A stretch of DNA of 64,000 nt from Verrucomicrobiia bacterium (GCA_963664225.1 OY760937.1:1599236-1663235); one strand, 5' to 3'; counted from the first letter of the stretch, positions 45,999 through 58,115 are shown. Notes: generated by a model from the sequence alone, not told the origin. Translations and numbers: made by a program.

Positions 45999-46736
45999 CT
46001 ACGCCGTTTTCGGCTTTCTCCGCGCGGTCAAAAACATCTCTTTCCCGACGCGCCGACATTCCACAAATTCAAACAGCCGGGCCTGCGCCAGTGTCTCCAC
46101 GCCGCGTCCATCGGCAATGGTTGGTGCCTGCGCGCCACCGAAGACAATCGGACACACCGTCACATGCACCTCATCCACCAGGTCTGCCGCGAACAACGCC
46201 CCGTTCAATTCGCCCCCACCCTCGCACAGCAAACGTTCCACGTTCCATTCCCGGCGCAACCAGCGCAGTGCGGCGCGAAAATCGATGTCGTCCTCGCCAA
46301 ACGCCTCCACTGCATCCGCCACTTGGCGCAGAGCCTTGACCTTCGCCTGCGGTGCATTGCCCTTGGTCAGTACAATAATGGGTGAAAAACGATGGCGAAA
46401 AATCTCGGCCTCGGGGGAAATGGACGCGCTGCCGCTGACAACCACGCGCAGGTTGTATTCCGCCAATCCGGCCCGCAGACGCGCCTCGCGGTATTTTTTG
46501 CCACCCGGCCCCAGAGTGATGGGCTCCGTTGCCAGCGTGCCCGCCCCCGCCATCACGGCATCGGCCTGGGAACGCAATTCCAGCAAATGTTGCTGATCCC
46601 GTTTGCTGCCAAAAGAGACCACGGAACGATTGGCCGTGGTGATCTTGCCGTCGGCGCTCATGGCCATGTTGATGAAGACAAACGGAAGTTCTCCCGACTC
46701 TGCCAAATCCTCCGGTGACTTTTTCTTCCGACTCAT
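45999..46736 (-). CDS. RibD C-terminal domain reductase (diaminohydroxyphosphoribosylaminopyrimidine reductase-like)
   Basis: FVFINMAMSADGKITT...GSKRDQQHLLELRSQADAVMAGAGTL and LLCEGGGELNGALF. Confidence 0.82.
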   Translation of the reverse strand: MSRKKKSPEDLAESGELPFVFINMAMSADGKITTANRSVVSFGSKRDQQHLLELRSQADAVMAGAGTLATEPITLGPGGKKYREARLRAGLAEYNLRVVVSGSASISPEAEIFRHRFSPIIVLTKGNAPQAKVKALRQVADAVEAFGEDDIDFRAALRWLRREWNVERLLCEGGGELNGALFAADLVDEVHVTVCPIVFGGAQAPTIADGRGVETLAQARLFEFVECRRVGKEMFLTARRKPKTA

Positions 46737-46760
46737 GCAACAGCACCTCCTGGTACCGCC

Positions 46761-47378
46761 TTAAATCCGGGATGCCGTGCCATCGTCCAGCGCTTTCGGA
46801 GGTCCGAATATGAGCGAAGCCACAAACGCCCGCCGCAAATCCTCCCGACCGTGAAAGTCCTTGCGAATGGCGCTGACCGGCCGTGCCGATGCCACCGCCA
46901 GGGGCGCGTGCGTGACCGCTCCGCGCAATTCGCCCGCCTTGTGAATGCGTTCCAGCACCGTTTCCTGCAAATGCCGGGCCGCGCGAACGGTATCCGCCGC
47001 ATGTTCCAGCGCGCCGGTCTGATGCTCCACGACGGGCGCGGGTTCCGAAATAATAATGGGTGCGGGCCGGGGTGTCGGCCGAACAACGACCAGCGGTGGG
47101 GGCGGGACCACAGGCGGCGCCGGTTGTGACGGCGGCATGTCGAGCATCCGACGCAACTCCTCCTCCCAATCCACCGGAACATTTTGCTGAGGGCGCCGGA
47201 CCGGTGGGGGTGTCTGTTCCTCCCAATCCGTGGGCATCTCCTGCTCGGGACGCCGTGTCGGCGCGCCCACCGGAGGCCGACCTTGATTGCGCTCCTCCTC
47301 CGCCTGGGCTCTCTTCTTCAACCAACTCGAAATGCCCGAGACGATCAGCAGCGCTACAACTATAAGCAGTTGATCCAT
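46761..47378 (-). CDS. hypothetical Pro-rich protein with N-terminal TM anchor
   Basis: MDQLLIVVALLIVSGISSWL is followed by a Pro-rich region with an internal repeat (MPTDWEEQ / VPVDWEEE). It lies directly downstream of floA. Confidence 0.6.
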   Translation of the reverse strand: MDQLLIVVALLIVSGISSWLKKRAQAEEERNQGRPPVGAPTRRPEQEMPTDWEEQTPPPVRRPQQNVPVDWEEELRRMLDMPPSQPAPPVVPPPPLVVVRPTPRPAPIIISEPAPVVEHQTGALEHAADTVRAARHLQETVLERIHKAGELRGAVTHAPLAVASARPVSAIRKDFHGREDLRRAFVASLIFGPPKALDDGTASRI

Positions 47379-47397
47379 GTGAACCGCCAGGTTTACA

Positions 47398-48462
47398 TCA
47401 TGGCTGGCCTGATTTGCCCTTCATCTCAGGAGGATTTCCGGAACCGGCCAGGCTGTCGCGCATCGATGTATCCGCCTGAATATTCTTCATGCGGTAATAA
47501 TCCATGATGCCCATGTTTCCTTTGCGGAACGCCTCGGCCATCGCCAGCGGCACCTGCGCCTCGGCCTCGACCACCCGCGCGCGCATCTCTTGAACACGCG
47601 CCACCATTTCCTGCTCCACCGCCACAGCGGCGGTGCGGCGCACTTCCGCCTGGGCCTGAGCGATCAATTTGTTGGCCTCGGCCTGCTCGGCCTGCAACTT
47701 CGCGCCCACGTTTTCGCCAACGCCGACTTCCGCGATATCGATGGAAAGAATTTCAAACGCCGTATTGCTATCGAGTCCCTTTTCCAAAACCGTTTTCGAA
47801 ATGCGATCCGGCTTTTCCAAAACCTCTTTGTACGATGCCGCCGAACCAATCGTGGAGACAATGCCTTCACCCACGCGGGCGATGATCGTTTCCTCCGTGG
47901 CGCCGCCGACAAATCGGTCCAGGTTCGTGCGCACCGTCACCCTGGCGCGGGCCTTGATCACAATGCCGTCCTTGGCCACGGCGTCGATCACCGATTTGCC
48001 CGCCGCAGGGTTGGGGCAATCGATGACTTTGGGATTCACGGAAGTTTTCACGGCCTCGAGCACGGTCTTGCCGGTGCCCTTGGTCGCCAGGTCGATGGCG
48101 CAGGCGCGGTCGAACACCAGGTGAATCGCCGCCTTCTGCGCGGCGATGAGTGCCTGCACGACCATGGTGACATTGCCGCCCGCCAGGTAATGCGTCGAGA
48201 GATCGTCGATGGAAATCTTCAGCCCCGATTTCACGGCCGTGATCCGGTTATCCACCACCATGCCGACAGGCACGCTGCGCAGACGCAGGGCAATCAACTC
48301 CGTGAATTTCACGGGCGCGCCGGAAAACAAGGCCCGTATCCAGATACTGAAGAAGCTGATCACGAGAATCACGATGACCAGCGCGATCAACAAGGCAAAT
48401 GCCAGGAGAATCAGTGTTCCCGTGTTGCCGCCAATATTTATTTCACCCATGAGCATGTTCAT
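47398..48462 (-). CDS. floA: flotillin-like protein FloA (SPFH domain)
   Basis: [29 protein letters not shown]...[11 protein letters not shown] is typical of FloA/YqfA. Confidence 0.88.
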   Translation of the reverse strand: MNMLMGEINIGGNTGTLILLAFALLIALVIVILVISFFSIWIRALFSGAPVKFTELIALRLRSVPVGMVVDNRITAVKSGLKISIDDLSTHYLAGGNVTMVVQALIAAQKAAIHLVFDRACAIDLATKGTGKTVLEAVKTSVNPKVIDCPNPAAGKSVIDAVAKDGIVIKARARVTVRTNLDRFVGGATEETIIARVGEGIVSTIGSAASYKEVLEKPDRISKTVLEKGLDSNTAFEILSIDIAEVGVGENVGAKLQAEQAEANKLIAQAQAEVRRTAAVAVEQEMVARVQEMRARVVEAEAQVPLAMAEAFRKGNMGIMDYYRMKNIQADTSMRDSLAGSGNPPEMKGKSGQP

Positions 48463-48466
48463 AAAA

Positions 48467-49057
48467 TTATTCCTTCCTGTCTTCCACTGTCACCGCCGCC
48501 TTTACCTCCACCGCGCGCACCACCACCCGCGAGCCTTCCACCGCGATCACCCGCACAGCCTCCCCTTTTTCGATCAGCGCCCCCTCCGCCACCACGTCCA
48601 CCCGGTGTCCGGCGATCATCGCCACGCCCGAGGGCCGCAACTGCGTTAGAGCCGTTCCCGTCTGATTGAGAAGCTGTCCGCGCTCCACCCCCAGATCCCC
48701 CACCGTTTGATCGGAAACGAAAAGTCGCGCCGCCCGGCTCGTCGGAAAATAACGCAAATAAAGCGCGGCTCCAGTCACTAATCCCACCACCACTATTAGC
48801 AGCACCCCGTTTCCTGTGTGCGTGCCAAATCGCATGTACGCCACGGTCACGCCCCACACCAGGCAAACGAAACCCACCATGCCTGCAATCAATCCGGGTA
48901 AAACGGTCTCGAGCAGCAATAATACCGCGCCCACTACGATGAGAGTAACCACCAATGCCATTACAACAATAATAGGTTCGAACCCAAAAACAAACAAGGC
49001 GAATATCAATTTCTGGATAACGGCTGGAGAAAATTTGAAAACCGGGGTAACCGCCAA
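48467..49057 (-). CDS. NfeD-family membrane protein
   Basis: Membrane helices plus a C-terminal OB-like [41 protein letters not shown]. It lies 4 nt upstream of floA. Confidence 0.82.
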   Translation of the reverse strand: MAVTPVFKFSPAVIQKLIFALFVFGFEPIIVVMALVVTLIVVGAVLLLLETVLPGLIAGMVGFVCLVWGVTVAYMRFGTHTGNGVLLIVVVGLVTGAALYLRYFPTSRAARLFVSDQTVGDLGVERGQLLNQTGTALTQLRPSGVAMIAGHRVDVVAEGALIEKGEAVRVIAVEGSRVVVRAVEVKAAVTVEDRKE

Positions 49058-49180
49058 TGGCCACTGATGAGCAGGTATGGAGTCCCGGCTTTAGCCGGTG
49101 GAGCCATTGTAAAACCGGGCCGCTCGAATCGGTGGAAAACAACCCCGCATCCCGCGCCCCTCCAGCCTCGTCCACTCTCC

Positions 49181-50152
49181 TCAGCCTGCGGTGAGCCACT
49201 CGAGGACGGCGCACATCTGCTTGAGCCGGGGCATCGGAATTCCCCCGCTTTGCGCCCGCCGCAAAGGTTCCTTAAACAGGCTCTCCAATTCCAGCGGCAA
49301 CCCCTTCTCAAAGTCCAGCAGCGTGCTGGCCCGATAGGATCCCATCACCCGGGTGCGCTCGATATTCTCGTCCGCCAGGCGCATCTCCAGCGGATGACCT
49401 TGGGCGCGCGCCGCCGTTATGACCTCCACCATCAGTTCCCGCAACAAGGCGGTCCATCGCGCATCCGCCAGGAGCACATCCGTAGGCCATGTGGACCGCT
49501 TGGAATTGGGACGCGCGTCCGGCATGGGCGCGCCGGGAACAAGCGCTTCGTAACCCGCCGCCGCCGCCACGCCGAGTCCATTGAATGGAATATTCCACAC
49601 GAGCTTCTCCCAATGCGCGCTGGCCATGTCATCGGTCAACCGGCAGGGAATGCGCGCCGCTTTAAAACTCTCCACCAACCGATGGGTGCGTTCCCCGGCG
49701 GCCCGACCGAATTCCCCGAGCACCACCAATCCATGCGCGGTGTGATGAATCACCCCGGGTGAAACTCGATTCAGGCACACAAAGCATAGCCCGCACAAAA
49801 TATTCTCCGGGCCAAACACCTCCGCCAGCTTCTCCTCGTTCCCCAATCCATTTTGCAGCGTCACGATCAGCGTTTCCGGCCCGACCAATGGCGACATCAA
49901 TTTCCGCAACTGATCGTTGGCCGTGGTTTTCAGGCCGATCAACACCAGGTCGGCCACACCGATTTGCTCCGGCGCGTTGGCGCAAAGGGGCTGCACCTCG
50001 AAATTCCCATCCACGCTCTTGATCCGCACGCCATGCCGCCGCACCGCATCGTAATCGCTGCGCAGCAGAAAATGCGTCTCATGGCCGCCCTGACAAAGCC
50101 GCGCGCCATAGAAACTCCCGATTGCTCCACATCCAACGACCGCAATTTTCAT
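49181..50152 (-). CDS. panE: 2-dehydropantoate 2-reductase
   Basis: MKIAVVGCGAIGSFYGARL Rossmann motif and the ApbA/PanE C-terminal domain layout. Confidence 0.82.
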   Translation of the reverse strand: MKIAVVGCGAIGSFYGARLCQGGHETHFLLRSDYDAVRRHGVRIKSVDGNFEVQPLCANAPEQIGVADLVLIGLKTTANDQLRKLMSPLVGPETLIVTLQNGLGNEEKLAEVFGPENILCGLCFVCLNRVSPGVIHHTAHGLVVLGEFGRAAGERTHRLVESFKAARIPCRLTDDMASAHWEKLVWNIPFNGLGVAAAAGYEALVPGAPMPDARPNSKRSTWPTDVLLADARWTALLRELMVEVITAARAQGHPLEMRLADENIERTRVMGSYRASTLLDFEKGLPLELESLFKEPLRRAQSGGIPMPRLKQMCAVLEWLTAG

Positions 50153-50305
50153 TTGAAACCTCTCAGAACGGCGCCGATCCCCGGGCCCGCTTCTGTTCCT
50201 GCGATTCTACACCCGGCCGGTTGGCGCTTCACCAATAAAAAAACCGGACGCCGCAAAGCATCCGGTTTTGAAATGGGATTCAGGGTGATTGCCCCGAACC
50301 GGCGA

Positions 50306-51589
<1,284 letters not shown>

Positions 51590-52015
51590 CTAAAGGTTCA
51601 CCAAATGCGCCGCGAATCGTAAACGCCACCACGCCCCAGTCAAGGATGAAGCCATGCGCAAGTTTGCTCGGAATGCACACCAGAATTCCTCAGAAAGCCG
51701 AAAAAGGCTTTAAAACGACATGGAAGTGCGTCCGATGCTTTGTCCTTGCAGGCCGGGTGCCCTCACCCGGCGTCCGGAGAACGGCCCCACTCAACCGAAT
51801 AATCTATCGCGCGATTCTTCTCTCTCGCCCCAAAACCTGAACTGGCACGAGTGGGAAGCGAGTTGGAGAGAGTTTCATTTATAGACCTGTTTTCTTACCG
51901 AATAATTTTGTCCTGCGCCCTAAATCGGGCATCAAGGCCATTTTGCGTTTACATTCTCGCGCCACAATGCGTTCATCATTATTTCCTTGCCTTTTAACTA
52001 CAATCTGCAATAAAT

Positions 52016-55000
52016 GTGCCTATTATGAACAGAATTCCCATATTTGTTCGGCAGATTCTCACTCGGCCTGGCTCCTTGTCTATTATTCGACGTCCCTCAA
52101 TTGCGCGCTGGAGCCTCATCCCCATTCTCCTTTGTTTTCTTGGCGCGTTGTCCGCTCCAAGGGCTGCCACGTTCGGCGATTTCAACTACTTAAGCAATGA
52201 TACATCCGTCATGATCACCCAATACATTGGCCCGGGTGGCAACGTGATCATTCCAGACACCATCGAGGGCAAACCAATCGCCGTCATCGGCAATGTTGCA
52301 TTCTCGGGTTGCACCAACCTGACAGGCATCACGATCCCCAATGGCGTTAACGAAATTGGGATCAAGGCGTTCTTTGGATGCAAAGCCCTGACGGAACTCA
52401 CAATCCCCAACAGTGTCGCCATTATTGGGAGTTCATCGTTCATTAACTGCAGCAGTCTCACCAATATCACGCTTCCCAATACGCTGACCAGCATCAGCGC
52501 CCTGTCGTTTTCTGGTTGCTTGAAACTGCCCTTTATCGCGATTCCAGACAGTGTCACCAACATTGGGGACAATGCGTTCAGTGGCTGCGCCAGTTTAACA
52601 AGTGTCACAATACCCGCCGGCGTCTCAAAGATTGGTTATCAGGCATTCTTAGGATGCAATAACCTGGTGGCATTCACTGTGAATCCTCTGAATGTGGCTT
52701 ATACAAGTGTTGATGGGGTGCTCTTCGATAAAAACCAGACTTCCCTGATTCAATGCCCGACGGTTAAGACCGGAGACTATACGCCTCCCAACAGCGTGAC
52801 GAGCGTTGGAGATTATGCATTCGCTGACTGTATTGGCCTGACGAATATTGCGCTCCCCAGCGCGGTCACAAACATTGGCAATTTTGCGTTCGCTCGCTGC
52901 GCCAATTTAACGAGCGCACCCATCACGGCTGGCCTCACCGTCATTGGGGCTGGCACATTCTCCGATTGCGTCAGGTTTTCCAACATCGAACTTCCCGCCA
53001 AAATCCTGAAAATCCTGGACGGGGCGTTCTCTGGATGTGCGGCAGTGACGAATATCACAATCGGCGCTGGCACCACCAGGATCGGGGCTATGGCATTCTT
53101 TGGTTGCAACAACCTGATGGCGTTTACAGTGGACCCCCTGAATAAGGCCTTTTGTAGCCTGGATGGGGCATTATTCAGTAAAAACGAGAATTTGCTCATT
53201 CAATGTCCGGCCACAAGGATTGGAAACTACATGATCCCAAACAGCGTCAAAATCATCCAGGATACCGCATTTTTTGGCTGCTCTCGCCTGACAGCCATTA
53301 CGGTGGACGACCTCAACACCGCCTTTTACAGCAGAGATGGCGTATTGTTTGACAAAGGGCTAAAAAGTCTCGTTGCATGCCCTGCTGGCAAGACTGGAAC
53401 TTACTCGATTGACAACAGTATATACAGAATATCCAGTTTTGCATTCTCTGGCTGCAGTCGCCTGACGAATATCATTTTTCCAAGTCGCATTTCGACGGTC
53501 TTCAGCAATGCGTTTATTGATTGCACCGGCCTGACAAGCATCAACCTCCCATACAATTGCAGTGCCGTCACCCCTTATATGTTCTCAGGTTGCACTGGGT
53601 TGGAGAGCGTCATCATCCCCAGTCATGTTGGTGGTGTTTTCGCTACGGCATTCAACAACTGCACGAACTTGTCGGATCTCTATTTTCAGGGCAACAAACC
53701 AACATTCGTAACCGAAGGAACAAATAACACTCTATTTGATGGCGCCTTGCATGCCACCGTATATTACCGCGCTGGAACCACAGGTTGGGACACTAGCTTC
53801 GGCGGCTGGCCTGCCGCGATATGGCTGGATCCGCAAGCGTCCGATTTTGGCTGGAATCAAACAGGGCCGGCTGTCACCATAACTAATTACAGCGGTTCGG
53901 GCGGGAACGCAGCCATCCCGGCCACAATCTTTGGCTATGCTGTCACCAGCATCGGGGATTCTGCGTTCGCTGGCCAAACCAACCTGGCGAGCCTCACAAT
54001 TCCCAACGGCGTGACCAATATTGGGGCCTCATCGTTCGCTGGCTGCACAAGCCTGACGAATGTTATCGTCCCAGGCAGCATGACAACCATCAGTGTCACC
54101 GCATTCGATGGTTGCAACGGCCTGACAAGTGTCTCTTTTGATGGCAATGCGCCGACAGTCACCGGTAATGGCGATCTATTCGCCAATTCCCCCAATGCGA
54201 CAGTGTATTACACCACAGGATCAACAGGCTGGAGTGATACTTTTGGAGGAAGACCAACGGCGCCATTGAGTTACCCCGATACTCACTATTTTATCTACGC
54301 CAGTAATCATTCCGGTCTGACCATAACCGGTTACAACGGTTCCGGCGGGAACGTCATCATTCCAAGTGCAATTTCCGGTTATTCTGTTACCGGCATCGGG
54401 GATTATGCGTTCGCTGGCCAAACCAACCTGGCGAGCATCACGATTCCAAACGGGGTGACCACCATCGGGGATTATGCGTTCAAAGGATGCGTCGGTTTAA
54501 CGTCAGTCGCGATTCCCGACAGTATCACAAGCATGGGAGGCGGTGTTTTTTCAGGCTGCTATGGACTGACATCCGCCCTTCTGCCCGGCAAACTTGGCAA
54601 CATCGGATTTGAAACCTTCTTCAACTGTACAAATTTGACGAACGCCAGAATTGACCCCGGCGTTACCAATATCGGGAACTCCGCCTTCTTTTATTGCGCC
54701 AATCTGACAAACATCACCATCCCCTCCAGTGTGACAACGATTGGGTCCTATGCGTTCAGTGGATGCGCGGCGCTACCCAGTGTGACCTTGTTCAACGGTG
54801 TCACAAACATTGGGAATTGGGTTTTTAGCGGGGACATCGGATTAACGAACATCACGATTCCCGAAAGCGTCACGGACATCGGCCTGTACGCATTCCAGGG
54901 CTGCACTAATCTGGCAGGCGTTGCAATCCCTGCCGGTGTCTCCATACTGCGCGAAGGCGCATTCACTGGTTGCGCTGGCTTGACGAATATTGCGATTCCA

Positions 55001-56998
55001 GACCAAGTCACCAGCATCGAACGCAAAACGTTCCTTGGCTGCAGCAACCTGACCGATGTGGCATTTGGCAAAGGCGTCACCAACATCGATGAACGGGCGT
55101 TTTACGGCTGTGCCAACCTCAAGAGTATCATTGTGCCAGCCAGTGTCGCCGGTATTGGAATCGACGCTTTCAGCGGCTGTAACGCTCTGACGAGCATGTA
55201 CTTTGAAGGCAATGCCCCGGGCAATACAGCCACCCTTTTTCAAAATTCCAACAATGTTAGATTGTATTACCGCTTTGGCACGACGGGCTGGGGTGAATAT
55301 TTCGCTGATCGGCCAACAGCACTTTGGAGTGATCCTGCCGCTCCCGATTTTGTATGTCAGCAACATGGCACAACGATTCATATAATCGGCTACACAGGTT
55401 CCGCCGGGCTCGTCATCATTCCTGACACAATCTATGGCTTGGATGTCACCGATATTGAGAACGGTATTTTCTCAGGGCATGGCAACCTCACCCATGTCAC
55501 CATCCCCGGCAGCATCACGAACATTGGGTACCACGTCTTCATGGATTGCATCGGCCTGACGAATATTACCATACCTGCGAATGTCGCCGCCTTGGGTGAT
55601 TCAGTGTTCTCGGGTTGCACTGGTCTGACGAATATTACCCTACCTGCGAATGTCGCCACCTTGGGTGATTCAGCGTTCTCGGGCTGCACTGGTCTGACGA
55701 ATATTACCCTACCTGCGAATGTCGCCGCCTTGGGTGATTCAGTGTTCTCGGGTTGCACTGGTCTGGCGAATATTACCATACCTGCTAATGTCGCCGCCTT
55801 GGGTGATTCAGCGTTCTCAGGTTGCACTGGTCTGACGAATATTACCCTACCTGCGAATGTCGCCACCTTGGGTGATTCAGCGTTCTCGGGTTGCACTGGT
55901 CTGGCGAATATTACCATACCTGCGAATGTCGCCACCTTGGGTGATTCAGTGTTCTCGGGTTGTACAAGTCTGACGAACGTTGACATCCCCAATCACCTTG
56001 TCGGCTTGGGGTCCTCAGTTTTCGCTGGCTGCACCAAACTTGCCAGCATCACGATTCCAGACGGCGTGACCGGCATTGGCAGCGCGGCCTTCGCTGATTG
56101 CACCAGCCTGGGATCTGTTGTCATACCCGACAGCGTCACCTATATTGGAAACGCAGCCTTCACTCGCTGCATCGGTTTGACGAATGTCACGCTTTCCGTG
56201 TCCGTTACTCTAATTGAAGACGATACGTTTTCAGATTGCGCAAACTTGTCTCACATCCGCATCCCCCAGGGAGTCACGAGTATCGGGAATATGGCGTTTT
56301 CAGGCTGCAGCAGTCTGACGAGCGTAATCGTCCCAAACACCGTCCTTGGCATCGGCAACTACGCCTTCAGGTACTGTGCCGGTTTGACCAACATCGCCAT
56401 CTCCGAAAACTTGATCAGCATGGGTTGGGAAGCCTTGGCTTGGGACAACAGTTTGACCAGCGCGCTTTTTAAGGGAAATGCGACATCCATTTACCCTGCC
56501 GATCAGTTTAAGAATTCCCCCAACGTCACCATCTATTACCGCGCGGGCACTACAGGCTGGGGCTCCACCTTTGCCGGTCGCCCGACCGCCCTGTGGATCG
56601 AGCAACCCACTTATCAGGAGTGGGCCACGACGACCGGTTTGACGGCCAAATTCCCCGACGCCAGCGCGGAAACCGATGACGCCGACCGCGACGGCATGTC
56701 CAACCTGGCCGAAATGCACGCGGGCACAGACCCCATCGATCCGAATTCGAAACTGGCCTTTGAAAGTGTTCCCCGCCCCAACGACCTGGAGGAGGCCGAC
56801 AAAACCGCCCTCGCTCCGGACCAACAGGCCCTGTTCTTCCAGACCGTCCCGGGCAAACAATACATAGTCCAGAGCGTAAACACTTTCGGAGGAACCTGGC
56901 AGACCCAAACCAATTTGACGGCCTCAACCTCCCAAAAACGGGTTTTGCTTAATAAACCGGTCGATCAGGCGTACTATCGCGTAGTTCTGGCACCATAG
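52016..56998 (+). CDS. giant BspA-type leucine-rich-repeat surface protein (1660 aa)
   Basis: Dozens of ~23-aa units (IPxxVTxIGxxAFxGCxxLTx). Recurrent interrepeat modules (YYRAGTTGW..FGGRPTA). A Ca-binding-like DADRDGMSNLAEMHAGTDPIDPNS. The C-terminus ends YYRVVLAP. A signal-like N-terminus is present. An alternative start exists at 52025. Confidence 0.88.
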   Translation: MPIMNRIPIFVRQILTRPGSLSIIRRPSIARWSLIPILLCFLGALSAPRAATFGDFNYLSNDTSVMITQYIGPGGNVIIPDTIEGKPIAVIGNVAFSGCTNLTGITIPNGVNEIGIKAFFGCKALTELTIPNSVAIIGSSSFINCSSLTNITLPNTLTSISALSFSGCLKLPFIAIPDSVTNIGDNAFSGCASLTSVTIPAGVSKIGYQAFLGCNNLVAFTVNPLNVAYTSVDGVLFDKNQTSLIQCPTVKTGDYTPPNSVTSVGDYAFADCIGLTNIALPSAVTNIGNFAFARCANLTSAPITAGLTVIGAGTFSDCVRFSNIELPAKILKILDGAFSGCAAVTNITIGAGTTRIGAMAFFGCNNLMAFTVDPLNKAFCSLDGALFSKNENLLIQCPATRIGNYMIPNSVKIIQDTAFFGCSRLTAITVDDLNTAFYSRDGVLFDKGLKSLVACPAGKTGTYSIDNSIYRISSFAFSGCSRLTNIIFPSRISTVFSNAFIDCTGLTSINLPYNCSAVTPYMFSGCTGLESVIIPSHVGGVFATAFNNCTNLSDLYFQGNKPTFVTEGTNNTLFDGALHATVYYRAGTTGWDTSFGGWPAAIWLDPQASDFGWNQTGPAVTITNYSGSGGNAAIPATIFGYAVTSIGDSAFAGQTNLASLTIPNGVTNIGASSFAGCTSLTNVIVPGSMTTISVTAFDGCNGLTSVSFDGNAPTVTGNGDLFANSPNATVYYTTGSTGWSDTFGGRPTAPLSYPDTHYFIYASNHSGLTITGYNGSGGNVIIPSAISGYSVTGIGDYAFAGQTNLASITIPNGVTTIGDYAFKGCVGLTSVAIPDSITSMGGGVFSGCYGLTSALLPGKLGNIGFETFFNCTNLTNARIDPGVTNIGNSAFFYCANLTNITIPSSVTTIGSYAFSGCAALPSVTLFNGVTNIGNWVFSGDIGLTNITIPESVTDIGLYAFQGCTNLAGVAIPAGVSILREGAFTGCAGLTNIAIPDQVTSIERKTFLGCSNLTDVAFGKGVTNIDERAFYGCANLKSIIVPASVAGIGIDAFSGCNALTSMYFEGNAPGNTATLFQNSNNVRLYYRFGTTGWGEYFADRPTALWSDPAAPDFVCQQHGTTIHIIGYTGSAGLVIIPDTIYGLDVTDIENGIFSGHGNLTHVTIPGSITNIGYHVFMDCIGLTNITIPANVAALGDSVFSGCTGLTNITLPANVATLGDSAFSGCTGLTNITLPANVAALGDSVFSGCTGLANITIPANVAALGDSAFSGCTGLTNITLPANVATLGDSAFSGCTGLANITIPANVATLGDSVFSGCTSLTNVDIPNHLVGLGSSVFAGCTKLASITIPDGVTGIGSAAFADCTSLGSVVIPDSVTYIGNAAFTRCIGLTNVTLSVSVTLIEDDTFSDCANLSHIRIPQGVTSIGNMAFSGCSSLTSVIVPNTVLGIGNYAFRYCAGLTNIAISENLISMGWEALAWDNSLTSALFKGNATSIYPADQFKNSPNVTIYYRAGTTGWGSTFAGRPTALWIEQPTYQEWATTTGLTAKFPDASAETDDADRDGMSNLAEMHAGTDPIDPNSKLAFESVPRPNDLEEADKTALAPDQQALFFQTVPGKQYIVQSVNTFGGTWQTQTNLTASTSQKRVLLNKPVDQAYYRVVLAP
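55561..55974 (+). repeat. six tandem 69-bp (23-codon) near-identical LRR units inside the LRR gene
   Basis: Units start at 55561, 55630, 55699, 55768, 55837 and 55906. They differ at only a few positions. Confidence 0.95.
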
Positions 56999-57008
56999 CG
57001 GGAAAACC

Positions 57009-58058
57009 ATGGAACAAGCGGCTTTTTGCAAAAAGCGGACACGTCATGGATGGCAAAAAGCCGGGTGTTTCGGCATGCCTTGCGCCCCAAACAAAAACAT
57101 TGCAACCCGGTATGGAAGGCGTATATTTAGGCCAACTCCTACGGTTATGTGCTTGTCAGTGTCCAAAACGGCTTTAGAAGAGGCTTGTGACCTCAATGGA
57201 CGAACTGTAGGCGCTCGCTTCGAACCTCTGGATCGCCTGATCTCTGCAAAAACGACCCCATATTCAGACGTTCGTTCACCGCAAATTATTCAGCGACTGG
57301 GTTTTACATTGATCGAAATGCTGGTCGTCATTGCCATCATCTCCATCCTGGCAACCTTGCTCCTTCCGACTTTGAGCCGCGCCAGGGACGGTGCACACAT
57401 CGTCCATTGCAAAAATAACCAACGTCAGTTGGTCATGGCCATGTTCATGTATTCGGAAGATAACGACGATTGGCTTCCGTTGCCCGGCTATTGCCACAAT
57501 CATCCGGCCAATTGGGTCTATCGCGAACTCGATGCCAACAGAAACGTCCTGACCAATGGCAGACCGCTTCATGCCGAGTCCGGCTCGATATTCTCCTATG
57601 TCACCAGCCAGAAGCGCGTCCTGCCGTTCGATCGCAATAACAAATCGAGCTATCCCATTTACCGCTGCCCGGATACAGGCACCTACGGAGAAGCCACCCG
57701 TGTGACGTATAGCATGAATGTTTTCATTCAAAGCGATACCGCCAAACACGATCCCGATGCGGAACCCGCCAGCACCGCCCGCAGTGCCGTCGCCAACCCG
57801 GATCAGAAGGTTCTGCTCGTGGACGACGATCCCAAGGGAGTGGTTCTTGGAACCTTCATTGCCGTCAATTTCAAGCCGGCCATCCAGGGAAAACTCGATA
57901 CCTATCACGACCGTCCATTTGAATTCCCCCATAACGATCGCGGCAATATCTCATTCATGGATGGCCATATCGCCACCATTAAAATCGACAACTTTCAGCA
58001 AATGGTCGGACCGTGGAATATCAGGGTCAAAACCTACTTCGACCCCCCGTTTCGTTGA
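57009..58058 (+). CDS. prepilin-type N-terminal cleavage/methylation domain protein (DUF1559-like); true start uncertain
   Basis: GFTLIEMLVVIAIISILATLLLPTLSRAR sits ~98 codons into the ORF, and the C-terminus has HNDRGNISFMDGH. The nearest upstream in-frame ATG is 57147. No ATG/GTG/TTG lies close to the motif. Confidence 0.75.
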   Translation: MEQAAFCKKRTRHGWQKAGCFGMPCAPNKNIATRYGRRIFRPTPTVMCLSVSKTALEEACDLNGRTVGARFEPLDRLISAKTTPYSDVRSPQIIQRLGFTLIEMLVVIAIISILATLLLPTLSRARDGAHIVHCKNNQRQLVMAMFMYSEDNDDWLPLPGYCHNHPANWVYRELDANRNVLTNGRPLHAESGSIFSYVTSQKRVLPFDRNNKSSYPIYRCPDTGTYGEATRVTYSMNVFIQSDTAKHDPDAEPASTARSAVANPDQKVLLVDDDPKGVVLGTFIAVNFKPAIQGKLDTYHDRPFEFPHNDRGNISFMDGHIATIKIDNFQQMVGPWNIRVKTYFDPPFR

Positions 58059-58115
58059 AACTTGCCTCGGTCCACGCGACCGGGCGGCTTGATCCGCGCT
58101 TTAAAAATTCAACGT

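Noticed and set aside
46171-47325. A 384-aa minus-strand ORF spanning the ribD-like and Pro-rich genes in another frame.
   Set aside because: It is an out-of-frame overlap with two better-supported genes, and its Gly/Arg-rich translation shows no motifs.
55561-55974. Regularly spaced 69-bp direct repeats considered as a possible CRISPR array.
   Set aside because: The units are contiguous with no unique spacers, are in frame within a long LRR coding sequence, and no cas genes are nearby.
55432-55992. A 186-aa minus-strand ORF made of striking 23-aa repeats (..FARPVQPENAESPKVATFAGRVI..).
   Set aside because: It is the antisense shadow of the 69-bp tandem LRR units in the 1660-aa plus-strand gene. 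It has no independent start or RBS context.
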